Source: Camelus dromedarius
Lineage: Eukaryota
Direction of reading: 5' to 3'
Assembly (NCBI RefSeq): GCF_036321535.1
Contig: NC_087437.1
Span: forward strand, 61,010,001 to 61,074,000
Length of the DNA: 64,000 bases
Below, piece after piece: positions 37,207 through 49,647 of the stretch. Every line of letters begins with the position of its first letter. Within the stretch, counting starts at the first letter, position 1. The notes below the pieces were generated by a model. The model was not told the origin of the DNA and did not search any database. It saw nothing but the letters and a program-made list of their open reading frames with translations. Both the position numbers and the translations under genes were made by a program.

Positions 37207-38329
37207 AAGAACCACTGGAACCTTTAATTACCCTTCAGTTGTCTTCTGTTTCTAAAATGGTATACTAAGTGATACAACAAGTGATAAACTAAGAATGCCT
37301 GATTATCCCAGCACAGATGGCTCAGTTAATTTGGCTTTATTTAGGAAAGTGAATGGTGTACTTTGCTTCTTGGGCCCCTCTCTAACACTGCCTCTTCAAT
37401 CTTGCCAGGATTTAGCATGTGCTTCTTTTTAAAAAATCTTCATAGGCAGAGACTCTTTTAGAAAAGCTCTTAAATCACTATCCTGACAAGCTCCAGTGAT
37501 GGAGGTTATCCTGTCAAATTGTCAACAGATATGATAGGGCCATCTCCAGGATATGCTGCCTATAGCTTAGATTCTAGCACTAAATGGTTAAGTGAAGATT
37601 ATAGATAGGTTGGCAATTCTGAGCCTCCAGTGTTGACACCATCTGCCCCCCAAATAGCACAGTTATTATTCCTTTATTATAGCTTTATTTTTGTGTTTTA
37701 AAGTCATTCCCTGTATAATCCCTTTTAATAAATTCTATTTTAATCTATAGTTCAATAGACCTCTGGACCTAGGAAATTTTGGAATACTTACCTGTACTTT
37801 GATTACATTTTCCTCTGTCTCTACATAAGCTTTTGATACTTCTCAATCATACTGGAATGCTGTCTAGTTGTTACAGATTTCTTTGGAACAGATCCCTTTT
37901 GTGTATCATTTTATTCTTTATCCTTAACATTCAGGGTTTTTTAGAGTAATATTTTTTGCTTTCTTTATTTTACCACTTAAAAAAAATGAGTGTAACATGA
38001 GTGAAACACAGTCATAGCATCAGATGAGTGAGGGAAAGAAAACAGTCTTACTCTGGTTATTACTCTGACATAATGTGTTTCTCCATAGCTATATATAAAT
38101 ATTCATACTTCATACTTCAGATATTTTTCACTTGATTTCATTGATAGTTTGAGTACCATATAACTTGGGACAGTCTATTTTTTTTCTTTTTTTTAATTCT
38201 TATTTTTTACTGAAATCAATTTACAATGTTAGTTTCAGATATAAAGGGACGGTCTATTTTTATTAACAGTTAACTGTTTGCCGATAAGGAGCTGTGCCAA
38301 GTTCTTTAATATGAATTGTCTTAATACAC

Positions 38330-38460
38330 ACAAATACTTCATGAAATTGGTACTATCCCTGTTTTGTAACTGAGGAAACTGAGGGCTAGAGAAATTAGTA
38401 ACTAGCTCAGAGTCACACAACTAGTGAATAGTAGAACTAGGATTCAATATCCAGGTTCTT
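38330..38460. mobile_element. MIR SINE relic
   Basis: tgaggaaactgagggctagagaaattagtaactagctcagagtcacacaactagt. Confidence 0.75.
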
Positions 38461-38555
38461 AATGGCTATATTATACTCTCTAACGTGAGAACAAAAGGGA
38501 ATATGAAGAATGTTTTCTCTTCGTTATTGGGTATAGGACTGGTCAGAGGAAAAAG

Positions 38556-38740
38556 TTTTTTTTTTTCTTTTTTTAATTATTGTTTTTATTTATTTATTTT
38601 TAATTTATTTGCAGGGGGAGGGAGTAGGAAGGAATTAGGTTTGTTTGTTTATTTTTTATTTAAGTGGCGGTAATGGGAATTAAACCCAGGACCTCATGCA
38701 TGCTAAGCATGTGCTCTATCACTGAGCTATACCCTCCCCC
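38556..38740 (-). mobile_element. Vic-1-type SINE (long form)
   Basis: ...aacccaggacctcatgcatgctaagcatgtgctctatcactgagctataccctccccc; AGAGGAAAAA at 38545 and 38742 as a TSD. Confidence 0.9.
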
Positions 38741-41700
38741 TAGAGGAAAAATTTTGATAACTTCATTTGAACTGTTGGATGTCTCTGTCCCCAGGAGCCC
38801 AGTGTCTTTTTAGTGCCTTAAGTTACCCTCCCTCACCCCCAGCCATGTGATGCTTCATGCAGACCTTCCTTACCTCTCCTCCCAAAGGTACTTGAAGTGC
38901 TAAAGCTACTTACACCCCTTTTTTCCTGAACCAACCCTCCATTCTCATATCTGAACCCTCTATTGATTGTTGCTAGGTTTTAGGGAAGTAGTATGACTGA
39001 ATTAGTTCACATTGTGAAATAGTTGATACATCCTTAACTCTTCAATAAGTGTTTATAGTTTTGAAAAGGATGTTTGTTTACCCAAATTAATCTCTTGAGT
39101 AATAGTGTTTTAGGCAGCATAAACATTTTTAGGTGATTAGGAAGACTTTTGAGGTAGGCAGACCATATTGTTGACAGACCAGCTTGCCTGAGGATTGGTT
39201 TAACAAGTTCCTGATTTTTATAGTATCTTCTGTTTTACTTCAGAACCCACAGATTCTCTAAATGGTTCTTGTATCGGTGGCATTGGAGCTTTGATAGTTG
39301 GATAGTTGGAGGGTGGTGGAAGGATAATGACAACTGTTTGCAATGGTCGTTTTTAAGGCGAATTTCCTTACAAACAAATAAATTTCAATAGGAGTGAAAG
39401 CAGCCAGCGTTGATTGCTGTTATAGCAGAAGGAAGTTTCAATCCCCCATCAGCGTGTTCTTTGTGCTTTTTGTGGTGCTTTAGTGCAATGTGAGCACCTA
39501 AAGAGACAAGAGCCAAAATGGTATAAAATCAGCCATTTAATTCTATGAAAAGAAAAAGATCAGTAGATGCCATTCAGAAGCTAGTTTGGGGTTTGTTATG
39601 AGGCAAAACGTAATAGTACATGCATCTCTTGCTAGAATAAGCAGTCGGAGTAGTTTACTTATAGGAACCTTTTAATTTTCAGAAGCTGCTATGTAGAAAA
39701 GTAAATTAAAATGGCGGAGTACAATAGACACAACTTTTAGACTAACATTTAAGAAGTACAGTAATACAACACAATATAACTGGACACGATGTAAAAATAT
39801 TAGAAAAGCACTGAAACAAAGCCTCAGGTTTTATGAGGTAATAATATGGAAGCACGTGAGTCTTGATATTTTTCATCAAATTTGTGCTGTTTTTGCCCCA
39901 AGAGTTTGTATTTAATAACCTAACATACGGTTGGCTATTCAGATATTTGATCTTCTTCCCTTCAAAAAGTTGAATTTGTTCTTATTTTGAGATACAACTT
40001 TTTAAAAGTGTGTTTTCTAATGGTGAGAATGTAAATTTGTATATACTAGAATTTGAGAACTTTTGGTTCAGCTTGACGGAGAACTTACAGAGATTAGAAC
40101 TGGTATGAGAAATGTGAGAACTGGCCAGTTCAGTGAGTTTTTAAAGTTTGTAAGATAGAAGAACTAGTAGGGACTAGGATAGAGATAAGGCTCCCTGGAA
40201 AAGTAATAACCATTCCTGTATCTACTTCAGGGTGGGAAGGGGTTGGGAAAAGGTCCAAAACTTAGCAGAAAGTTGGGTATTTGGTGTGTAGTCAAGAAAA
40301 ATGAGGGAACTGATTTGACTGCTATCACTATCCATATTATGCAATGATATGGCATTGTAAAGTACCACCAAGGGATCTATCTAGATGATGACATAGACCT
40401 CTGCAGCTTGAGAGAATAGTATGAAGTGAGAAGAGAGTGGAGGGGTATAAAATCAGAGTGGTTTATAAGGGCGAAGTCTTGTGTGCGGCTCAAGAGAGAT
40501 GGAACCTTTTCCAGTCAGCAGTGCAGAACTATTGAAACAGAGAGATAATCAAATTTACATTCCTTTGCAGCGTAGAAGGTAGATCAAAAGGAGCATGACC
40601 AAGAGCAAAGAAATCCGATAGTTCATGTAAGAGATGTTGAAGGCTTAAACAAAGACTACAGCAATAGACACAGAACAGGATGGATAGGGGTGGTATTAAT
40701 TAGATAGAAACTGTAGGATTGGTTTGCAGTTGAAGAAGATAGAAGAGTAGAACAAAGTTTCTTAAATTTGAGTAATATGTGAAGCCCCTTTAAAGGAAAA
40801 AACCTCCCTGGCCCTAGGTAACTTAAATTACTGTATATACCCAGATATAAAGCACACTCCAAAAAAGGCAATTCTATATTTGTCTAATGCCCAAAAAAGA
40901 TTTTTGACTAATGTAAATTTCTAGAGATTCCAAGTGAAATGATTGGATGCTTTTTTAATATTACTTACTAATTTAACATTTAATCACAATATAGTATATT
41001 AATGCTATTTTCCAATCATGTTTCATGAAATAATTTTGTTCTTTTTTCCACTAGCATCTTAGATATGTCTTTGTCAGCTGTCTGACAAAGCTGTAGCTAT
41101 TCTGTATCATTGACAGTTTTTTTGAGCATGTGATTTTCACTTTACATTGTTTGAGATACAGCACTTTTAAAATTTCTATGTGATACTATCACTGGAAGTT
41201 TTTTCTTAAATTCATTTATCCTAAGTACTCATTTGCCATTTGCAATTTCCACAGTGTAACCATATTGCTTTGTAAATGAAATGTGAAACATAAATATGTG
41301 TGGTTTAAATTTCAAAGGATATAGAAGAGTTATTTTGGCCAAAATCTGGCTCTTCTTTCCCTGGTATACTAACTGGTTGGCTGAAGTACTGAGATAGTTC
41401 TAAGTCAGTTTATTATATGTTGGTCCATGCAAGTGAACACAATGCTGAATGCTGGGGTTACCAAGACAAAAGCCAATTGCTGTGTTCAAGACGCTCCTGC
41501 TTTTTCAGAGGAGCCAGAAAGTAAGCATACACTTACTGCTTAGTAGTATATCTATGTATATAATAGAAGAGTATCACAAGGGTGGGAGTGAGGAGGCGGT
41601 AGTGTAGAGAATGCTTAGCACATGAACTGGCAGAAGTAACACTTATGGTGATTCTTGAGCATGCATGAACAAGATGAAGGGGGAGATAAGGAGGATAAGG

Positions 41701-41854
41701 ACATTCCAAGCACGTGATATAGTATGACTATACTGAATTGTGTAGGGTGGGGAAAAGGAGAGGCAAAGCCAGAGAGATAAGCTGAGGCCTGATCACGCTC
41801 TGGAATTTATACTGTAGGTGTCAGAGAGCCATTAAAGAATTTTAAACCACGAGT

Positions 41855-41862
<8 letters not shown>

Positions 41863-41892
<30 letters not shown>
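41863..41892. repeat. (TG)n microsatellite
   Basis: About 15 TG units. Confidence 0.95.
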
Positions 41893-41897
<5 letters not shown>

Positions 41898-42049
41898 TAA
41901 CCTCAGCAGCAAGGTAGAAGATAGAATGATAATCAGTTAGGGGCCTATTATACTAATCCAGGTAAGAATAATTAGGGACTTGATTTAAAAACCTTAGACA
42001 AAGTAGTAAAGAAGAGAAAACAAATGAAAGATATTAAGAGTAGAGTCAG

Positions 42050-43890
42050 CACTTCCATTTCTGGCAGTAGGGTTAAACTAAAGAGAGATTATGAATAACC
42101 CTCCCAACTGAGAAAAAAAATCCTGAATAAAAACTCAAAATATATCATTGAGCTGGCAAGAAAGTACAGAATAATCAGAGGCTAAAAATGAAATGAAATT
42201 GGAAATGAGATGTTAGCTAGATTTTAAAGTAAGCTTTCACCGTTGTGAAATCTGCTCAAACTGGATGGCTTTGAACTTCTCTTTTGATAGCCTCATAGGG
42301 CACAGGAAACAGGAAACAAGCCTGCAGCTTTCCTAAGGAGAGGAATCTGAAAGGAGACCCCTCCCATTCATGAAGCTGGGACCTTGGCATTTGGGGAGTG
42401 GCAGAAGATATCTTCATTGAGAATTTATAGCAAGGGTCCTTACAGGGTCACATTTACCATGTGGTCTTATAAAACTTTTAAGTCAAGAATGTATTTTAAA
42501 TAGTCCCTGTTTGGTAGTGCCCTCAGGTACCTTACAAAATCTATCAAATCATATCCTCTTAGGAGGAATGTACCTTCAGCCCAGGGTTTAAAATTCTGCA
42601 GGCTACTCAGCCATAAGAGCTGACAACATGGTGCCATTTGCAGCAACATGGATGCACCTGGAGAGTGTCATTCTGGGTGAAGTGGGCCAGAAAGAGAGAG
42701 AGAGATACCATATGAGATCGCTCATGTGTGGAATCTAAAAAAAACAAAAAAAACAAAAACAGAGCATGAATGCAGGGCAGAGATAGACTCATAGACATAG
42801 ATTGCAGACTTGTGGTTGCCAGGGGGGTGGAGGATGGGAAGGGATAGACGGGATTTCAAAATTGTAGAATAGATAAACAAGATTGTACTGTATAGCACAG
42901 GGAAATATACACAAGATCTTATGGTAGCTCACAGAGAAAAAAATGTGACAATGAATGTATATATGTTCATGTATGACTGAAGAATGATGCTCTACACTGG
43001 AATTTGACACAACATTGTAAAATGATTGTAAATCAATAAAAAATAAATAAAAGAAAAAAAATAAAAGTCTGCAAGTTAAAATTTCAAGACACTTGAGATC
43101 ATAGTAAAAAAAAATCACAAAATGCACAAAAACCATGGCACAGTGAGCAGGAGCCAGCAGAAATAAGAGACAGTGACTTCTAGAGACTGCAGAAAGTTTT
43201 TCTTAGTAATTTTAGTAAGTTTGATTAATATATTTGAAAAAAATGAAAGGATTGAAATATGAGTATGAAGTAAGGGTCTCTGAAACATGACCAATCAGAT
43301 TAGGGGAAAAAAACCTCTAAGACCTTGTAGTTGTAAAAAATAAACTGAAATTAAAAGCTTAGTGAACAAAAAACAAATTGTCACAGCATAGAGTGAAGAG
43401 TTCTAACATACACCTAATTGGAGTTCCAGAATGAAATAAGTGTGAATGGTGGAGTAAGATAATTGTTAAATAGAAATATCTGAGAATTTTTCAGAACTGA
43501 TAAAAGATAACAATCATTATGGTGGAAGTCCGGTGAATCCCAAGGAGGATAAATGAAATCAGCCCTGAAGACCAAAGACAAAGAAGATCTTTATAGCATC
43601 TAGAGAGAAACAACATATTGCTATAAAAATGTTTTTCTTTAGTCTGGCAGCTTACTTCCCAGAAGCAACAACAGAAGCCAGAGGACACTGGAATGCTATC
43701 TTCAATGTACTAAGAGAAAATAGCTGTCATCCTTAAAATAGAGTATGCAGTGAAACTGTCTTTCAGGAACAATAACAAAATAAAGGCATTTTCAGACCGA
43801 AAAAAACCCCCAGCCTTCACCACACCCCCAACCCCCATCCCAACCTCACTGAAGGAGACTCTAAGGGACGCAATTGAGATAGAAAGTCAT
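42050..43890 (+). mobile_element. Old L1M 5' region / ORF1 relic, interrupted by a younger L1 tail
   Basis: cacttccatttctggcag start; ORF1-like motifs ctaattggagttccaga and gaagccagaggacactggaatgctatcttcaa. Confidence 0.65.
42603..43062 (+). mobile_element. Young 5'-truncated L1 3' end
   Basis: ctactcagccataa ... aaatcaataaaaaataaa tail. Flanks taaaattctgcagg / taaaagtctgcaag. Highly similar to the copy at 63720-64000. Confidence 0.92.
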
Positions 43891-44699
43891 CCCATATGGA
43901 AAGCCTTATACACTTTTTGATGGCCGCAGAATGTTCCACCAAATAGATTCTTCAGTTTAGACTCTAGTACTGGACACTTAAGTTTTCTTCAGTATTAAAT
44001 GAAGCTATATTGGATGCATATATGGATATGTTTATGCATATATTTTATACAGATTTATTTAGAAGCCCAAAGTGCTGAGTCAAAAAAGTATTTTTATGTT
44101 TCTTGATATGTGTTTTAAAGTTGCTTTCTTAAAGGGCTTTACCAGTTTACCTTACATTGAGCAGATTATGCTGGCTTTATTGTATAAATGAGTAAGTGTG
44201 TGATAGGGCCAGTTTTAAATGATAAAGGTTGACATTTCTTACCAGATTTTGACTTAGTTATATCTTTGACAAAAATGTCTCATCTCCCTTCTTTCCTGTT
44301 GTTATGAAAATGCTTTCTTTTTAATAGAAACAAATTAAGTGAAATGCATTCTTTCTAACAAAGTATTTCTAACTTTCTAGAATATAGTCTTTTTCTTTTT
44401 CAGTTTAGTAACAAATATATAATTGGTCCATTTAAAGAAATGGCAAATAAAGGCTTTACTTAGTTTTTGTTTTATTATGAAGGAAGACTACTATTTTAAT
44501 GCTACTACTTTTCTAGCTCTGTATATTTCACACTAATCAGCCAACAGTGTGGAAGTAAACAAACAGACCTTTCTGTTTTTAAATTCATTCTAAGGGGGAG
44601 AAGTATTATCAATTTGCTTGAGAATTCTGTATTCTAATGTGAACTGAATGTAAGAAGGTGTCTTTTTAAAATGTTTCCCCTGTTACTATACCATTTCAG

Positions 44700-44847
44700 G
44701 TGCAAGTGAAAGTGTAGGGAAACATATGCTTGAAGCCTGCAACAATAATCTGGAGATGGCAGTCACTATGTTTTTGGACGGTGGAGGAATCGCTGAAGAG
44801 CCCAGTACCAGTTCTGCAAGTGTCTCCACTGTCAGACCACACACCGA
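44700..44847 (+). CDS. UBXN7: UBXN7 coding exon 2 (148 bp, UBA-like domain)
   Basis: CAG acceptor and GTATGA donor; (G)ASESVGKHMLEACNNNLEMAVTMFLDGGGIAEEPSTSSASVSTVRPHT(E). Confidence 0.96.
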
Positions 44848-47428
44848 GTATGAATTTATTATTTATTATTGGGAGCTACCCCCTGCCAAAATTGAATAGT
44901 TATGTTTTTATCAGTTAGGTTAATTCTTTGTTTTTGAACAAATGAAAGGTTGAAAGCATCTGAAAATGTGTTAGGTGGAAATTTTTATACCTATATGCTT
45001 TAAATTCTCTAAAGCACTGTCAAGCCTATATAATACTCAAAAGAATCCTATAGTCTGGCATTATTATCCACATTTTACAGAGAAAGCAGAAGCATAGCCA
45101 TTTCCCTGAGCTATATAGCAATTAAGCAGCAGATATGGAACTAAAGCCCAGTAAAACTCAGATTTCCCAATTCTAGATTTTCCTCCATTGTCCCAGGAAA
45201 GTTTTGAGTTGTCATGAAAAATTTTTGATAAGTAATTCTAATCCTTTATACCTTAAATAGCTATATGTAGCTAATTATTAAAGTACCTTCAGTATATACA
45301 ACTGTAATATATAGAGAATAGTAATAAATGGTGAACAGATTTGATGTTTTCTATCCTCTATATTTGACACCAGTGAGAGTTTGAAATGAATATCTGTTAG
45401 GCCAAATTCCAGTAGTCTCTGGAAAATACTAGAATGAATGCTACTCAAAGGAGAACATTGATTTTTGAAATAAAATTTCAAAGATCCTTAAATAAGTGTT
45501 TAATACTCATAGTCCCTTATAACTCTTCAGTGTTTACAACATGAGATACTAAATAAGAGGAATCCCCTTAAATAAGAATAGGCAAAAGACATGGTTTTTT
45601 ATTTTTACTAAATTGGATTTAAAAAGTCAAATAGTATTAGGAATACTCTTTTATCTAGTTCCAGAATCTAGAGTAATATTGTTTCCATAAGAAGTGTGAA
45701 CTTTAAAGTTTATCTTATAAAGTTTTTTCCTCACAATGTTGACCATGTATTTCAAATGTGATAGCCCATTCTACACCAACCAAACTCAAATTTTTAATGG
45801 AAATCAATATGGAAGCATGATTTACAGAAGTTAAGTCAAGTTTACAGAAACTTGAATAACAGATATTCACAGCTGATTTGGGAGAACATTATCAGTCCTC
45901 ACTGTTTAAAACATGTTTTCTTAGTCTTATTTAGAAATAGTTTTGATTAATGAATGTCTTTTCCTACCAAATTATATTATAATTTGACTTAGATTATTTG
46001 TATTACTAATGATTAACATTTGATAGTGGCACCTACTTCCTAAACTATAATTTTTACTCTTTATAGTTCACCTTCTTCTGTTCCATTCTTCCATTTTGTT
46101 AGGAAGCTAGCAATCTTGGAATAGGTACCCTCAAATATATAATAATCAGGTCTTTCTTCATAGGGATTACTCTTTAATCCATCATCCTAATTGATGTATT
46201 TTATCAGATTAAGGCTTGTTTTTTGAGTAATTAAATTGCCTTAGATCAAAAGAATTCTATACACACACACACACAGAGTAAAGTGAAGTATGCCAATAAT
46301 GGAAAGCTTTATTCAGGTAAGAGATGTCTTTTAAATTTTTAGTTTTCTTAAGATAATGGCCGATTTCTCTTTGGTATAAAAGGTTTAATAGAGCTTCCTG
46401 TTAGACACATTGTCTGTTTCTTCAGATTATTGAAATTCTGTGAGTAGTGATGAATTATTTTTTATCCTTCTGTCATTTGGCTTATTGTAGATTTATTTGT
46501 CTAACTAGCTGTTCTTTGATTACAGGATGTTAGTTTTTGTTGACAAATGAGTTTTTATTTATTAAATAAAATATGTTTTGAAGTTCCAACTTTTAAATGT
46601 CAGAAACAGAGCCTTAAACTCAGTTATTACTATTAGAAACACCTGAATGAAAAACATTAGGCTTAATTTAACATTTATTATAATCAAGACCATAATAAAT
46701 TTGGAACTTACTATTACTTTTTATGAACATTAATCAGCAGAATTAATTATTTTAGTTTTAACTCAAATATTAAAACTGGTGTATATATAAAGGGATATAT
46801 ACCAGTTTTATAATATAGCTAAATGAATATTTTCACTAGAACAGATGGATTATTGGTAAACCCTCTGAAAGCAGACTTTGAAGAGTTTATAGACATTTAA
46901 AAGATGAGTAATTACTTTTTCTGTTCTATATATATTAGTGCCTATTTAATAAATAATCCAAGGGTAATACCTATGTTAGCCATCTTCATGACTAGCATAA
47001 AATTAACTGCTTTTTAAAATATATCTGTGATTTAATTATTATTTGATGTAGTGGTGATATAATACTGCTTTTATTAAGCTTGTATTTTTCTGCTAATTTT
47101 CTGCATGAGGTTTTTGTTTTTGTTTTGTTTTTCCCCCCTCTCTTTTTTCTTAAAGAATTTAGGGAACTTAGAGGAAAGAGGAAATATTTTTTTATTTTTC
47201 TGTTTGTTTTCTTTATAAACCCATTTGAGCTATCTACGCCAGGTACTTTATTCCAGTTGATCTCTATGTGGAAACCATTTATCATAATTTAATGTAGTTC
47301 CTAAAGGTCACTAAATCTGTTGTTTGTTTGACCTGTTAATTTGCATGCATTTACAGTAGTTTACAGCAACAACAGGTAGCAGAAAACAGTTGTCATTTGG
47401 ATATTTTCCAACTTTTTTTTTTAACTAG

Positions 47429-47496
47429 AGAGGAAGTTCGTGCCCCAATTCCTCAAAAGCAGGAAATATTGGTGGAACCAGAACCTTTGTTTGGTG
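47429..47496 (+). CDS. UBXN7: UBXN7 coding exon 3 (68 bp)
   Basis: TAG acceptor and GTAAGT donor; EEVRAPIPQKQEILVEPEPLFG. Confidence 0.95.
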
Positions 47497-48366
47497 GTAA
47501 GTTCACCTTTTTCCCTTAGCTTTGACTTTATTGTTGTCTTCAGGATTTTAATGAAGCTATCAAAAGATGTAAAGGCTTGCTCAGAGATTGTTACTTTAAG
47601 TAGAGTCAGTTCTTATCTTGTAATTCTGTACTTCCCTCAGGAAAGTTGCAGAGTTAGTTCTTTCTAAGGAGTGAACTAGATTAAAAAGTTGATAGTTGTT
47701 GCAGAAGGCCAAAAGGAGGAAAATAAGCAAAAAGAACTGCTGCCTTATAATGGAAACAAATCTATCATTATTAGAAGATTCCGATTATTTTTTTATTTCT
47801 GGATACTAACTTGACTGCCATATCCTTACTGTCTTGGTATGCTGTACCTTCACTCTTTCTTAATTTTTAAAAGTGCTATTCGTATGTTGAACAAAGGAGA
47901 AAGTAGTCTCTAATCCATGCAAAAAAATTGTGGTATCAGTCTGGGGTACAAGATGGTAGAAAATGGGGCATTTAATCAGATTTAAAGAAAACTTATAGTT
48001 TTTATTTTAATATGTGCTTATATACCTTTTGTAAGGTAGCCAGATATTTTAGGCATTAATATGTCTATTAAAAACAGAAGATAAAGTTATGATTTGGTTG
48101 GGTAGACAGAGACATAGAAATGTATATTGTATATATTGAGAACAATTATACAAAGAAATAAGCCTATAAAAAGTTTCATAGGTAAACTAAAATAAAGGTA
48201 GAAATAAGTTATAAGAAAAGGATGAAGAAAATTATATAAACCATATCTTTTGATTTCAAAAGCACCTTAGTTGAAAGTTTTAAGATTGTTCTTTAATATG
48301 GCAGCTTTGGGGCTTACTGTCAGAAAGAGTAAAAGAATATACTGTCTAGATTCAGAAAAAAGATGG

Positions 48367-48664
48367 AAAGAAACAATAAATGCTGGAGAGGGTGTGGAGA
48401 AAAGGGAACCCTCCTACACCGTTGCTGGGCATGTAGTTTGGTGTAGCCATTATGGAAAACAGTATTGAGATTCCTTAAAAAGCTAAGCGTAGATTTACCA
48501 TATGATCCAGCAGTCCCATTCCTGGGCATATGTATTCAGAGGAAGCACTAATTCAAAAAGATACATTCACCCCATTGCATAGCAACACTATTTACAATAG
48601 CCAAGACATGGAAGCAATCTAAATGTCCATCAACAGATGATTGGATAAAGAACATGATACACAA

Positions 48665-48720
<56 letters not shown>

Positions 48721-49190
48721 GAATATTACTCAGCCATAAAAAATTAAAATAGTGCCATTTTCAGCAACATTTGGATGGACCTGGAGATTGTCATACTAAG
48801 TGAAGTAAGCCAGAAAGAGAAAGAAAAATACCATATATCACTTATATGTGGAATTTTAAGAAATGAGACAGATTAACTTATTTACAAAATAGAAACAGAC
48901 TCATAGACATAGAAAACAAACTTTTGTTTGTGGGGTGGGGAAAGGGGGCATTGTGGGATAAATTGGGAGTTTAGGAGTTGCAGATACTACTATATATAAA
49001 ACAGATAAACAACAGAGTCCTCCTGTATAGCACAAGGAACTATATTCAATAGCTTGTAATAGCTTATAATGAAAAAATATGAAAAGGAATATGTGTGTGT
49101 GTGTGTGTATAACTGAATCACTGCTGTACACCAGGAATTAATACAACATTGTAAATCGACTATACTTCAAAAAAATTTAAAAATAAAGAA
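48367..49190 (+). mobile_element. 5'-truncated L1 3' end with internal (CA)n
   Basis: aataaatgctggagagggtgtggagaaaagggaaccctcctacac ... aaatcgactatacttcaaaaaa; AAAGATGG on both flanks. Confidence 0.92.
48668..48717. repeat. (CA)n microsatellite
   Basis: About 24 perfect units. Confidence 0.95.
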
Positions 49191-49647
49191 ATAAAGATGG
49201 GAGGAAGAAAACTAAGTTCTGAATATTGAAGTAAAAAATGTGCTCTCTAGACTGATTTAGCTAGCCATTGTGCTGTTAATATACTAGAAGTTATAAAGCA
49301 TTGTTCATGATTTTTTTGTATAAATGTTATGAATAGGCTTTGGAGCTGAGGAGTAATGCCCTTATAAGCTTAATCTTTTATTCCAAGGAATGAGGCAGGA
49401 TCTTTGAGTGGGGAAGACTATAGCAAATAGATACTGTGCTATTTTACTATTTAACAGAGGCAGAAGAGTTCCCTTTTGAAATCCCACTTTCTCCCTTTAT
49501 CTTTGGTTTGATGTATATTAAGGAGGGGATTGAGAGTGACTTTACGCAGTTATGAAGTCAGTCCTAACTTTCATTATTAGACCTTATTCTAAGTTTCAAA
49601 AGGTTTTTGGAGAACTGTTTCCTTCTTAGGATAGTATTGATTTAAAG

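Noticed and set aside
37482..37516. Iron-responsive-element-like CAGTGA hairpin
   Set aside because: The stem pairs as CTCCA/TGGAG around GTGA, not five base pairs around a CAGUGN loop with a bulged C, and it is intronic.
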